A DNA stretch of 64,000 nucleotides. It comes from Octopus sinensis. Lineage: Eukaryota. The stretch lies in contig NC_042999.1 in assembly GCF_006345805.1 (NCBI RefSeq), forward strand, positions 137,950,001 to 138,014,000, given 5' to 3'. Shown piece by piece: positions 12,628 through 25,744 of the stretch (position 1 is the stretch's first letter; each line of letters opens with the position of its first letter). Under the pieces are notes generated by a model. It was given only the letters and a program-made list of their open reading frames with translations, made no database searches and was not told the origin of the DNA. The translations under genes were made by a program, and so were the position numbers.

Positions 12628-12905
12628 CTGTAAATAGAATTTTACAAACATTTATATGCTTCTTAATTAATTAACCAAAGCAAATCAATCATTAATACAA
12701 AAGGAGTTAGGTATTTTGGTGATGAGGATTACTAGGATTGGAATATTTAAACTGTGGACATATAATTTTGTTTGCATTGATAATACTCTTCATAAAACAC
12801 CACCAACAATATATTACCATATTTCTAATTGTTAAAAGATCTCAAAGTTTATGCATACATATGAAATCAATATTGCTAAAGAAAAACAATGAAATCCATA
12901 CTTAC

Positions 12906-13133
12906 CCTCCACCACTTAGTGTGAGCTACTCTGTTAAGATGTACTTCCAGACCATAGCACATCATAGATAAATAAATAATAGATACAGCAATATGCTGTG
13001 GTTTGAACTTGAGACTAGTTTTGCCATGGTAACTGTCACGAAGGACTGACCAGCATGTTCTTGTGAGTGGGACCTGATCCCAAACATGAGGCTGAAACCA
13101 ATCTTTTAGAGTCTTCAGGTAATGCAGAAGATA
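12906..13133 (-). CDS. CCNQ: Cyclin-Q exon 5
   Basis: tttttatag acceptor, GTAAGT donor; YLLHYLKTLKDWFQPHVWDQVPLTRTCWSVLRDSYHGKTSLKFKPQHIAVSIIYLSMMCYGLEVHLNRVAHTKWWR; 228 nt, phase 0/0. Confidence 0.95.
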
Positions 13134-13732
13134 CTATAAAAATAAAGGAAAATGAAAGCAGCTATTAAAATTGTTTACATTTTGGTAATTTCAAACTTGA
13201 CTCAAAAATATCCAGCAATTAAATAGTTACATTTATTTGTTTGATAGTATAATTCCTGTGAATAAAAGGCATGAATCCATACAATTATATTCCTACAAAT
13301 ATAAATTTGAAGCAATATAGGTTTATAAAAAAATCAGGAAAATAGAAGTAAATTTAGGTAGATATAGATTACCCTGTAGTAATACTATACACCAGTGAAA
13401 GAGGATCCCTGAATATTCTACCATCTTTAAAAAAAGGACATATGTTAATTATTCATTTTTGCTTATATCATGCGTTTTGTGAACAACAGCATTGTCAGTA
13501 AAAGGTTTTAATAGTTCAGCATATTTCTGATGGTGAGAATGATAAAAAGTCTATGTCCAACTGGGGTGGAATACATGATGCTAATTTAATGCGTAGTATT
13601 CAGTAAATGGCTATTAATATGATGTTAGAAAAGCACAATTTCTACTGCTTCTGTGTAAAGCTATTAAACCTCTGCACCTAGAATTCAGCACCAGAATGTA
13701 AACATAGTGTCATAAAGACAGATCTCATTTTA

Positions 13733-14999
13733 TCAGGTTGAGTAAAAAGTAATCAACATTTTCAACCAGGAAGAATTTGTACCAGATTTTTGCAGAGTTT
13801 TGAATTTTTTAAAACATTCTTTTGCAATTGTCTGATAATACAGATATAGACTTACCCAAATTGATATTGATACTTTTTTCACTGTTGTTACAATCATCTG
13901 AAATGGAACTGTCAAAGCGTGATGTTTGAGCAATTTTGCTATTCAACTTCAAAAGAGGATGTAAAGCAGCTGAAACTGCTCATAATATCAATGAAATGTT
14001 TGGTGAGGAAATGACCAGTGAGTGGTCAGCTCGAAAACAGTTTAAACGATTTTGCAGTGGAGACCTGAGCCTTGAAGATTGTGAGTGCTGTGGACACTCA
14101 TCTGTCATCAGTGACAGTCAATTAAAGACAGTCTGTGAGAAAAATCCATGTAAAACCACTCAAGAACTGGCAAAAGAACTTCAGGTTAGCCAGAAAACTA
14201 CCTGCAACCATTTGCATGCAATCAGAAAATCAAAAAAGCTCGACAAATGGGTACCACATGATTTGAATGAAAATCAAAAAATGCACAGATATGAAATTTG
14301 GTTGTCGGTTCTTCTCTGTAACCAGACATCCATTTCTTGACTGTATTGTATCTTGTGATGAAAAGTGGATTTTGTACAATAATAAAAAAACGTTCTTCAC
14401 AGTGGTTGGATCGAAATGAAGCCCCAAAAGCCTTCCCTAAAGTAGAGTCCTTCAAAAAGAAGGTTATGGTGACTATTTGGTGGTGTACAGCTGGACTCAT
14501 CCACTATAACTTCTTAAAAATCTGGAAAAACTATTTCTGCAGAAACATGTTGCCATGAAATTGCCAAAATGAATGAAAAACTGCTACTCTTCAATCCCAG
14601 ACTGGTCAACAGAAGAGGGCCAGTCATTCTTCATGATAATGCTCGACCACATGTTTCACTAATGAGGCTCCAGAAGTTGAGGGAACTTGGCTATGAAGTT
14701 CTTTCCCACCCAACTTATTCCCCAGACCTTTCTCCTACTGACTACCACTTTTTCAAGCACCTTGATGGTTTCCTATCAGAGAAGGAGTTAATAAATCAAA
14801 CCAATGCTGAAAGTGTGTTCAAAGAGTTCATCAGCTCCAGAACTCCAGATTTTTATGTTACCGGAATAAACAAACTTGTAACTCATTGGCAAAAATGTGT
14901 TGATTGAATGTTACTTAGATTAATAAAATTTCCGCATTATTGAAATATATTGTCATGAATTTCATGTTTCAAACGTTGCTTACTTTTTACTCAGCCTGA
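13733..14999 (+). mobile_element. Full-length non-functional mariner (Hsmar1/cecropia-like) in CCNQ intron 4
   Basis: TIRs TCAGGTTGAGTAAAAAGTAATCAAC / GTTGCTTACTTTTTACTCAGCCTGA flanked by TA; 1267 bp; KWVPHDL, LHDNARPH, YSPDLSPTDYHFFKHL motifs; frameshifted. Confidence 0.95.
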
Positions 15000-16393
15000 T
15001 ATCTTTGTTCAGTGTCATTACAGAGTGAGCAGTGTGTGTGTGTGTGTGTGTGTGCATGCACATGTTTACTTCTGGTAATTGAGATGATATTTAGAGACAT
15101 TTTATGAGTGAATTTTATGGTAGTTAGAATGTTGGACTCAAGATCATAAGGTCACATGTTTGATTCACGTGCTAGGTGGCATGCTCTGCTCCAGGTGACT
15201 CAGCTGAAAATGAGTATCAGCTTTGGCCATAGGTTGATTCTCTAATGAACAGGTTCAGAGAGGAAGACTTATACTTTCAGTCACTTAACCACTTTGGAAA
15301 AGGAAATAAAATATGCATGTAGGGTTGAGATACATTTCTGTTCAAACTTTTGGTAAAAGAAATATAATGAATGAATGTAAATATCTATATATCTCATCAT
15401 CATCATTGTTTAGCGTCTGCTTTCCATGTCAGCATGGGTAAGACTATATAGATACACACACACACACACATATACATGGTAATATCAAATAATGAGAATG
15501 TGTGCTCAACACTGCATTGGTGGATAAATATTCTTTATTTGTAGGTAACCAGGTTATCACTGGTTTGATGGGAAGAGAGAGATCTCTTAGCAATTATCAA
15601 GTCTGATGCATGGAGAGTTGGTGTATTACTGACATTATTTTACATCTATTTTCCATGCTGGAAATGTTTGGACAGGTCCTCACAGTCTGAATTAAGTTCT
15701 TATCTGGAATTATTGCCTTCCTAGATGTGTTGGATGTTCTTCCTAATACCAATCACTTAACAGTGTGTACTGGGTGCATTTTATAGTGGCATTAACACAA
15801 GAAAGGTTGTCATGCTACTAGCAAGACTAAAGGTTTGGTATACTTATTCACAAATAAATATTTTCTTTTGTCAACATATATAAACGTATTGTTGATAATT
15901 TACTTTATTAATGCCTATTACATATTCTGAGTATCTACTCAGAACATATGCCTGACATGCAGAAATATATGACAGGTTTTCTGCAATTCTGTCATGCAAA
16001 TGAAACTGAAGCTGTGGCAGAAGACACTTTCCTCAAGTAAGTGGGATTGAACCTAGAATCACATAGTTGTGAAGTGAAATTCTTAACCGTGCAACTATGC
16101 TTGTGCCCTACAAATAAGTGTAGTCAATTCTTTTGTAGTTCTAGTATCTATTCTCCATAATTTGGTGGAGTAAAGCTTATAAAGAGATAAAAGAAAATGC
16201 TTGCAATGAATTTGAACCTGCAACTGCCCAATAACTGAAACCCTAATGTTTTACACATTCAATCTTTTGTATATCATTTCACTGAAGAAATTCTAATGTG
16301 TAAATGAGCTAAAAGATAATTTTGAATTTTTAAAAAGTTTCTGTCAACAATCATTTGAAAGGACAAGGAAATGAAACTAGACATGTCACTTAC

Positions 16394-16526
16394 TTTATGA
16401 GGATGATCAAAGGCTACTTTGAAACGCAATACTCTTAAAATATAAAGTTCACATTTGGCAATTGCATCTCGCAGACCCCAGAATGTCTCCCCAACATCAA
16501 GAGGTGATTTGCTTTTGTGAAGTGTC
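16394..16526 (-). CDS. CCNQ: Cyclin-Q exon 4
   Basis: ttccag acceptor, GTAAGT donor; TLHKSKSPLDVGETFWGLRDAIAKCELYILRVLRFKVAFDHPHK (CCNQ '[30 protein letters not shown]'); 133 nt. Confidence 0.95.
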
Positions 16527-17378
16527 CTGGAATTAAAAATGATTTTTAATGAAAGAAAAAGTTGATGTAATAAATGAGAAAAAAAACCTCTCCCCAAATC
16601 AGGAAGTTTAGAATTCTAATTTGGGTATAGAAAATGTTTTAATCTATAGTTTAAACAACAAATAACAATAGGTATATGGCAAGATGTATCTTTAGGGCTG
16701 TTGATTAAAACTAATTTGAACAAAATCTTTAAACACAGTATTCTATTGATGGCAGCTGCATGATGATGATGATGTTGTTGTTGCTTTCCTGTAAAAGTGT
16801 AAGTGGTTAAGAGACATTGTACTTCCAGTGTAGGAATGTCAAACTACCATGACATGTTATTCATATTTTTTTAATTCTGGGGCTCACACGGTCACTTACC
16901 CCATTTCTGGGATGTATAAGTGACCAAAATCACAACAGTTGCCCCTGATTACACTGACTCCAGTACTTGATTGGTACTTTATTTTATCAAGCCTGAAGGG
17001 ATGAAAGACAAAGTTGACCTTGGTGAGATTTGAACTCAGAACATAAAGAGCCAGAGGAAATATCACCAAACATTTTGTCCAACATGCTAATGATTCTGTT
17101 AGTTTGTCACCTTATGTTAATCACAAAAGTATTTTAAACATTTGTCAGATACAAAGGGCATAAGTAAGGTAACATGTTAAACATGGTGTAGTAATGGCAA
17201 TGTCAGACACACTGTATGATTAAATGAAACAGGGTAGAACCAGGAGCTGTGACACAACATAACAGCAGCATTGATACAGTGTGTCACTCAAGAAACAGAA
17301 CCAAAATTGTATTAATTTGATCAGTTCTAACCTCTCTCAACTTTTTTTTACCAAAATAATCTTATAAATAAGTCTCAC

Positions 17379-17464
17379 CTGTAGCAGACATTGACAACAT
17401 CTCTGATTTTCCGATGCTCTTCTTCAATTTTCCCAGCTAGATATAATGATGTAGCAGATATCAA
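17379..17464 (-). CDS. CCNQ: Cyclin-Q exon 3
   Basis: tttctttag acceptor, GTGAG donor; LISATSLYLAGKIEEEHRKIRDVVNVCY(R) contains the cyclin LAGKxEE motif; 86 nt, phase 0/2. Not in the ORF track. Confidence 0.93.
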
Positions 17465-17647
17465 CTAAAGAAAGAAAAAAAAAACCCCTTACTTCATATT
17501 TGTAAGTGAGATATTAAAAGTATTAAAAACATTCTCAATGTCAGATTACATGCAGTACATGAGGACATATTGTGAGGGCATTTTATCTTCTTTGAGTGGT
17601 AATATCTTATATTTAGAGTAACATTCTCGACAAAGTCACACATAAGT

Positions 17648-17806
17648 GCAGGTGTGGGTGTGTGGTAAGTAGCTTGTTTACCAACCACATGGTTCCGGGT
17701 TCAGTCCCACTGCGTGGCACCTTGGGCAAGTGTCTTCTACTATAGCCTCGGGCTGACCAAAGCCTTGTGAGTGGATTTGGTAGACGGAAACTGAAAGAAG
17801 CCCATC

Positions 17807-17838
<32 letters not shown>

Positions 17839-18050
17839 GCGTGTGTGTGTTTGTCCCCCTAGCATTGCTTGACAAACGATGCTGGTGTGTTTATGTCCCT
17901 GTTACTTAGCGGTTCGGCAAAAGAGACCGATAGAATAAGTACTGGGCTTACAAAAGAATAAGTCCCAGGGTCGAGTTGCTCGATTAAAGGCGGTGCTCCA
18001 GCATGGCCGCAGTCAAATGACTGAAACAAGTAAAAGAGTAAAAGAGAGAG
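17648..18050 (+). mobile_element. tRNA-derived SINE family A (CCNQ intron 2)
   Basis: GTGTGGTAAG (A box-like) ... GGGTTCAGTCCC (B box-like), TA/TG linker, tail GGCGGTGCTCCAGCATGGCCGCAG...CTGAAACAAGTAAAAG. Further copies at 41263-41640, 48700-48850, 54250-54410(-) and 57427-57835. Confidence 0.85.
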
Positions 18051-18659
18051 AGTAAAGAGTATACATTTTGAAACAAAATTAAAATGGCATTATAATAATT
18101 TATTTAGAATAGCTAGTGAATTATAAAGTAGAATTTTTAAAGAAATTTTTCTTTTCTGCTGGAGATTTAGTGTTAGTTCAATGCTTCTATTTGAATTAAG
18201 GCAGTATTCTACGAGGTAGTTGGTGAGTCACATTACCTCATAAGCTCTTGCCGTGATGTACTTAAAGGAGGAATAACTGAATCAAGCACTTCAAATACTA
18301 TCAAGTGTGCTGTTATAATCTTGTGCTATAATTTAGTTAGGCGGGCTGGGCCGTTTCAAAGTTTTTTGTAGCACTGACAGTATTATAGACAAAATGCAGA
18401 ATGGGCGAAAAGAAGCAACGAGCCCATATTTTGGCTAGTAATCCAACACTATCAACTCAGCTATTTGTAGCTTTTTCAAAGTATTCACATCTAAACAAAA
18501 GTGCATGAAAATTTTGTAACTTTGAATATACCATGCAATGCCCAATGATTGCTGATTTCATGCTCTCTGACTTGGACATTTAGATGAAAAAAAAAAAACA
18601 TTTTACAGTGGAAATATATAAAATTAACAGACTAAATTGATTAAAAGCCACAACTTTTC

Positions 18660-18872
18660 TTTTCTACTCTAGGCACAAGGCCCAAAATTTTTAGGGAGGA
18701 GGCTAGTCGATTATATAGACCCCAGTACGCAACTGGTACTTAATTTATCAACTCCGAAAGGATGAAAGGCAAAGTTGACCCTGGAGGCATTTGAACTCAG
18801 AACGTAAAGACTGATGAAATACCGCTTGGCATTTCGCCTGGCATGCTAATGATTCTACCAGCTCGCCGCCCT
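18660..18872 (-). mobile_element. tRNA-derived SINE family B (central domain resembles MetaSINE)
   Basis: Minus strand GGCGGCGAGCTGGTAGAATC..., GAGTTCAAAT (B box), CCTTTCATCCTTTCGGAGTTGATAAATTAAGTACCAG. Other copies at ~16950, 27730(+), 47137(+), 50430 and 50655. The MetaSINE assignment is from memory. Confidence 0.75.
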
Positions 18873-19668
18873 TTTAACCATCATTAATGATGATCAATAT
18901 TGTTCATTCCATTATGATATTGAATCTAGTTGGACAGGAAAAGGAACACTATTCTTCCTCTTGCAATGCCTCCTTTCCAAGTTTTCCTCAGTTCAACAGA
19001 CTACATGTATAACAAAATGGAGTTTGCAGTTCTGAACATCTCTTCAAGTGGAGCCTTAGACGACCATGTTAATGTGTCCTTAGCAAAAGACAAAAAAAAA
19101 AAAACAAAAATACAGGTGTAAGCAGTTTATGGGTAACTGACAAATGTAAGCAGGAAACACTTTGTGGTTGCTCATCCTGCTGTAAATACCAGTAAAATTT
19201 CCCTTCAAAACACACTTCACTATATCAGGAAAAGAAGAGCACAATAAGGTCAGTCAAAATGGGAATGCCTTTGAATGTAGAAACTGACTTGAGACTAAAC
19301 AACATCAACAATGTAGGGATTGAGTTCTTAATCCTTTCATTAATATATCTTTTATGAAATACAGTCACCATCATCATTTTAATGTTCATTTTTCATACTT
19401 GTATGAATTTATTTGGATGGAGTTTACTGAGGCAGACACTTGATGGCTAGAAGCCCTTTCTGTTGTGAGCCTTCACCTATTTCGAAGCAACGTAGTATTT
19501 CCTCATAGCCAGACATGTTCTCACAGAATATTGGAAATGAATGGCACTGCTTGTGTGACAGTGATGCTTATTTACAACTATTATATGATATCAAGACAAA
19601 GAGACACAAACACATTTATCCACCTATCTCTCCCTCATCATCGTTCATCATCGTTTAGCGTCCGCTTT

Positions 19669-19715
<47 letters not shown>

Positions 19716-20170
19716 ATGGGCTCCTTTCAGTTTTCGTCTACTAAATCCACTCACAAGACTTTGGTTGAACTGAGTGAAAAATGTGTTTATGTACAATGTT
19801 GCAGCCAATATCAGTACTGATTGGTAGAACAACAATATGCCCATATACTGTGTTACATAAGATTTGTACAGATGTTTTTTCATTTATTTTATTTTTTTAC
19901 CAGACTGGCATTATATTATTACATTAATATACTAAAGTCATAATAATGTAATTAAATATTTTGGAAGAATGTAACAGGTTCAATCCAAGTTTAATGTTAG
20001 ATGTTTTAATTAATTAGCAAGCAGTGAACAAATGGGTGACGTTATTGACAATTCTTAAGAATTAGTCAGTCAGATAGGCAAAACTTATAACGAAAGGTTA
20101 TTGACATAAGTAAAAAAAAACTGATTTTTCCCACCTCCAAGAGAAATTTTATGAAATTGCAACAACTTAC

Positions 20171-20268
20171 ATAGATGTCGAAATCATTTAAAGAATTCTC
20201 TCTGAAAAATTTATGGTAGATCACAGATGCAGTTGCTAGAGAAACTGAACTCAATTTTAATCTGTAAC
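20171..20268 (-). CDS. CCNQ: Cyclin-Q exon 2
   Basis: ttttttgacag acceptor, GTAAGT donor; (G)YRLKLSSVSLATASVIYHKFFRENSLNDFDIY = cyclin box helices (CCNQ 'IATACTIYHKFF'); 98 nt. Confidence 0.92.
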
Positions 20269-20475
20269 CTGTCAAAAAAAATGTACACACACATATATAT
20301 ATTTAATGTAGGATAAAATTTTTTCGAAAAAATTTTTATCAATGGCCAGCATATTAAAAAATACCCTTAAAGGTCAAATTTATAAACAACTTATAAATAA
20401 GGGCAAACGAAAACATTTCTAATGCCAAATATGCCAAAATTAGACACATTGTCCATAACCATTATAATTTTTTTT

Positions 20476-20785
20476 CACAATATGCACGCTACTCAAAAAA
20501 GGTCAACAGAAATTTCTAAAAAATTCCATTATTACCATATCGGACCGATTTCAGGGTTAGTTCGTAAGAACCCTCCCTTCGTCAGTGATAAATGTGGCAA
20601 AGAAATAAATAAGATATTTACTCATACCCATGGAAGAAGCAAACACTAAGTCATGAGCACAATTAAGTACCCCAAATACATCCAAAATAGAAATTCTCCA
20701 GCCCATCCGAAATTGGTCTGATATGGTAATAATGGAATTTTTTAGAAATTTCTGTTGACCTTTTTTGAGTAGCGTGCATATTGTG
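20476..20785. mobile_element. Foldback/MITE-like element with 77-bp inverted arms (CCNQ intron 1)
   Basis: 20476-20552 and 20709-20785 are reverse complements with 2 differences; 156-bp spacer; termini CAC...GTG; no TSD evident. Confidence 0.7.
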
Positions 20786-21644
20786 CACATATATGTATAT
20801 ATATAAACAATAAAGGTTTACATATTACTTTCAGAATATAATATGTTTTGTATTTGTAATATAAAGCAATACCACTTTTTTTGATGACTACTTGAGACTG
20901 ATATGAGGTAGAAAAAGGTTTTTAACAATATGAGTTTAGCACATCAATGTTTAGAACACAAAAATAACTAGAATTCAAATCTAATACTGGTGTGTGTGAG
21001 CAAAAAAAGCCGTTAATACAAGTCTTAGATAAGACTAATTCATGTAGTCACTCTTGAAAAAAGAAAAAAGTGTATTGAAGGTTGTGAATCAAGTTTTCAA
21101 CATGTAACCTGCTGTTTCAAAATATCAAAACTTACATCTCATAACTTACAAAGCTTATCTTTAGCAATGGAAGAGTAAAAATCTTCCATTGCCTTTCAAT
21201 CAACAAGAAGAAATGAAAATAAGTACTATTAATATCACTAAATGACTTTCGCTGGTTATAAAATTTCTTACAAAAATCAGTTTTGTATTCAGATACAAAA
21301 AAACCCCAAAATTTTTGATTTAGATAATTATAAATAGGTTCAGTCTTACTATGCAACACCTTGGGCAAGTGTCTTCAAGCATACTCTGGAACTGATCAGT
21401 ATTTCAAGAGTAAAATTGGTAGAAGCTAGTCGTGTATGTGTGTGTGTATGCCAGCATGTGTGTGATTGTGTTTCTCCAATTTATGACTGGTTTTGGTTAG
21501 TTTATAAAGAAGAAATTAGAAATTGATGTCTGATTGTACAAATAGGTAATGTAAGGGGAATGAGGACTTAGATTTGGCATGGATGCTTGAAATTCTATGA
21601 GTAAGTATAACTGGGATTATCACAAAACAGTAAATAATAGGTTA

Positions 21645-21862
21645 CAGCAATCCCTCAACTATTGCAGGTGTGTTACGTTCCAAAAACCCCCACGACAGGT
21701 GAAAATCTGCAAAGTAAGAACAGTACTGATCTGTATATTTTTTATTATTTTATAATTTGTATATATTTATTTTATTATAAATGCAAAACAACACAGAAGA
21801 ATTGACATAAGCTTAAATAATAAACTGTGATAGATGAACAGTGATATGGTGAAGGATTACTG
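21645..21862. mobile_element. Tigger-derived MITE
   Basis: TA|CAGCAATCCCTC ... GAAGGATTACTG|TA; homologous to 34308-34519. Confidence 0.8.
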
Positions 21863-23561
21863 TATCTTATTTTCAGGTTTAATCTTTTTGTTACCATATT
21901 TCTATTGAAATACACTATCTTTGTTTCAATTAATTTTGAAAATAATGAAGTATTTAAAAAAAATATCTTTGTCCTTATTAAGTTGGTGTTTGAAACCTAA
22001 ATTAACTTGAAATTTTGAGGAAGTCTTTAATTTTGATCACTTTAAAATAGAAGTTTGTTTCATAGAACCAAAGGTAGTCTTGGATGGATTGGTATTGAAT
22101 GGGTTAAAGGAAAGGAGACAGCAATTCTCCTTGACTGAGAAGAGAGACAAATTAGTTAATATGATAACATGAACATAGTGTGATATCTTATACACTCAGT
22201 ACTTAACCTTCCACTTGTTAAACATAGGAGGATTTTAAAAAAGATTAGTAGAACCAGAGACAGAAACTGAACCAAAATGGTTACATAAAGTGATAAAAAT
22301 TAACTTGTGCTAAGAGCATAAGTCATTTTCATAAGAAGGAAATAGCAATTAAAGAAAATATATATAACAAGCAACGGTTGCTGTACTAGTATAAAAAGAG
22401 ATTGAGAAGAAACAGTGTCTGTGAGCAGGTAGTTGTAGTATGCTGCATGATGCCATATACGAGTAAATGTAAATGGGTTTTACTCAAACTTTACAGATCT
22501 GCTGTTTAGAAGTATGGTGTAATGGTGAATAACATGATAATTCTTCGTTCAATGTTTAAACTGTATTATGTATTTAAGAGCAAGCTTATTTTATTATTTT
22601 TTTCTGTGCCATTCCCTACTCTTTCCAACTTTACCAGATCAGTTTTGAGAACATAATTTCTGTCTAATTGTTGCAACATGCAGCTTATATGACTTTTATA
22701 AGACCCCCTCCTTCGATTTGCCTTAGGTTAAGGCTTCTTCAGTGGTAATGCAAAGATAATACATGTACCATGACATCTTTATTCCAGACAGTACTACGGA
22801 CTTTTATCAGTTTAGTTTTGTATTTTTGCTGGATTGTTTCAATTGGATTTACAAAAGCAAACTTCGACAAGACAAGTCAATGGGCCGTTCGATCTAATGG
22901 AAATACTAGACAAAGCTCCATCAAACCACATCCTAATCTTAGAAAATAATACATTAAATAATGTAGCCCGGAATACATTACGCGATGGTCATGGCTGGAA
23001 AGCTGTTGATCATACACGTCTGTTCGAGTAGGGCTGAACATCTAAGACAACTAAAAACAAAATTTAATAAACAGAAAAAGCGGTCAGTGGTAATAAAGTT
23101 TCTCTGGCATAAGAAAGGCTATTCAGTATTGCTTCTATGTAAATAGATACAAAGAGTGGCTAATATATATTTTAGCGTCGTAAAATCTTCAGGGCTAATT
23201 TTCAAGAATTTTTCGGCCAGAACCTCAACATGTTTTCGATGACTTTCTGCTTCTCCAAACAACCCTTGCGTCCCTTTTAATATCAAATTATTCTTGTATT
23301 TTAACTCAATGAGTTTATATATTTTTAAGTTAAAGTGCGAATTAACACCATTCAAGATTTTCCCAAAAGCATTGGCAACATAAGAAAAACAATACTTCTT
23401 TACCCATGTCGTCAAATCAGCTGGACGTTTTACAACGTGTCTGCTTAGAAGTATTTCTTTTTTTGTTACTGATGCTTTTTTTTTTCTTAGAGTATTTTTT
23501 AAAGAGAAAAAGTACTCAGCCAAACGGTTGTAAATCAAAATAATTTTGAGAATGAAATTAC

Positions 23562-23625
23562 CTGCTTGGTGAATATATTTTACTGCGCTGAAATGGATTC
23601 GAGAATCTGTTTCACTTTCCGCCAT
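23562..23625 (-). CDS. CCNQ: Cyclin-Q (FAM58/cyclin M) exon 1
   Basis: ATG in AAAAATGG context; MAESETDSRIHFSAVKYIHQA+G resembles CCNQ 'ARVHFRVARFIMEAG'; CAG|GTAAT donor; 64 nt, phase 1. Confidence 0.88.
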
Positions 23626-24361
23626 TTTTGTCGTTATTTTGAATAAATGTGTTATCTATAGTTTAGTAGAAAATCTAATGTATATCATTAGCTATAAATG
23701 ATTTTTAGAAATGTAATAAAAATAGGAAATCAATAAATATTTAAATACAGTAAAGTATTATATTATTTTGATTTGTCAAAACTTTACTTCTTAATTGTGC
23801 TCGTAACCTTCGGCAATTAAGAAATTATCTTTCTTTAAATTTAGATTTTTCTTTAAATTAAGTTTACATATGTTACTTATTTTCATATAAGTAAGATGTG
23901 GTTTATTTTGATGCTGCAGTAATTTAATAAAACAGAGTAGTTTTAGAATATTTGATTATGCTAAAAAAACTTCTATTAAAAACAAATCTGAATTATTTTG
24001 GTACATTTGAAGGGAGGCAATTCCTATTTTATTTGAATGATTTCTCGTTGCAGAGTTATCGGAATTCCCAATTCTAACACGAAACGAAACAAAACAAAAT
24101 CAAATCATTAGTGCATACATTTTAGATAAGAAGAAATGTAACGGAAGGAAATTACTCAGTGACACCACCTGCATACTAACGATAGAGAAATAGTAATAAT
24201 ATTTTAATGCAGTGAACTTTAAAAAGTTAACTAGATATAGTTAGTATTGGTTTCTGTTTTTCGTCACAAGGCCATCAATTTCGGGTGGGGGTGAGGAAAG
24301 TCCATTACATCGATCCCAGTAATCAACTGGAGTTTATTTTATCGACCTCAAAAGGATATCC

Positions 24362-24430
24362 ATATCTATCTATCTGTCCGTCTATCCGTCTGTCCGTCCG
24401 TCCGCCGGCCCGCCTGCCTGCCTGCCTGTC

Positions 24431-24515
<85 letters not shown>

Positions 24516-24546
24516 CCTTTCTGTCTATCCGCCTGTCTGTCTGCTG

Positions 24547-24590
<44 letters not shown>
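24362..24590. repeat. (CTAT)n/(CTGT)n/(GCCT)n compound microsatellite
   Basis: Direct reading; explains ORF 24285-24629. Confidence 0.95.
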
Positions 24591-24591
<1 letters not shown>

Positions 24592-25432
24592 TATTCTTAT
24601 ATAAGAATAATAAGTTTGTACTTTACTAAAGTATTGAGTAACCCATCAGATTAATGTAAAATTGTTTTTAATCATAACTGAACATAAAAAAAAGCATTAA
24701 TCCATGTATCTATCTATTTATCTATCTGTCTGTCTATCTGCATAAACAAGCAGTCAACAAGTATCAAGTCAGTTTACTGTATATTTATACTTATATAACA
24801 CACTGAAGGAAAATGCAAAAAAAAAAAAAATCTACATAGCAGGAAGCCAGGAACTGTCAAGAATTGTGAAAAGTTTGTAATTGTTCAGGCTAAAGTAGAA
24901 AAGAATTCCATAGAGTTGACGAAACATAGTTTAGTGAGTAGATCAATGATAGAAAAAAGGCATACAGGTAATCCTTTACAGCTGTTTCTAGAATGTTTGC
25001 TTAATTGAAATATATCTCTGCATTTTGACTCCACCGCTGACTTTTACTAGCAACCTGTTCTATTGTCAAAAGGATGATGGTTAGGGTTACAGTGGTAGAA
25101 TGAAAGAATAAAAATCAGGGAGATAAATTAAGCATCTAATCCTAAAGAGGAAGATACATAGATGAAACGTACTCATGTAAGTAGAGTGAGATGATGACCG
25201 GAAAGGTGAAGTGGGTAAATAGGGGTGGGGATTTAGTTCAGCCTAACTGTTAGGAAGCAATAAGAATTGGGAATATAAAGGTGTTGGGAGAATGATGATA
25301 ATCAGAATTGATAAACATGTCTCATAAAATTGCTATTTTTGTTTGATGAGTGTTGATGAATAGTCAGTACATGGTTAAGAGAAGAGCTGGTTTAGCAGAG
25401 AGCCTAGCATGATACTGTATATATATATATAT

Positions 25433-25482
<50 letters not shown>

Positions 25483-25744
25483 TATATATATATTATATAT
25501 ATATATATATATACATATATATATCTTATCTAGTAAAGACATCTGGGATATATCAAATTAATGAAAACTAGTGAAAATTGTATTTCTTCCTCTTAGATGT
25601 GCACACACGGTGTTTGTTAGTAGTGTTATTTCTAGTGTGATGCAAGTGAATTTTATTGTTTATTGAGTTTCTCCCACTGTTTTTTCTTTTTGGTACTGTT
25701 GATGCTTATGAGTTGAGCCTTAGAAGCTAGATTACTGTTCTTTG

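Noticed and set aside
11568-14907. Mariner ORF pieces as a SETMAR-like domesticated fusion with CCNQ
   Set aside because: Opposite strand to CCNQ, multiple stops and frameshifts, and TIRs and TA TSDs retained as in ordinary dead copies.
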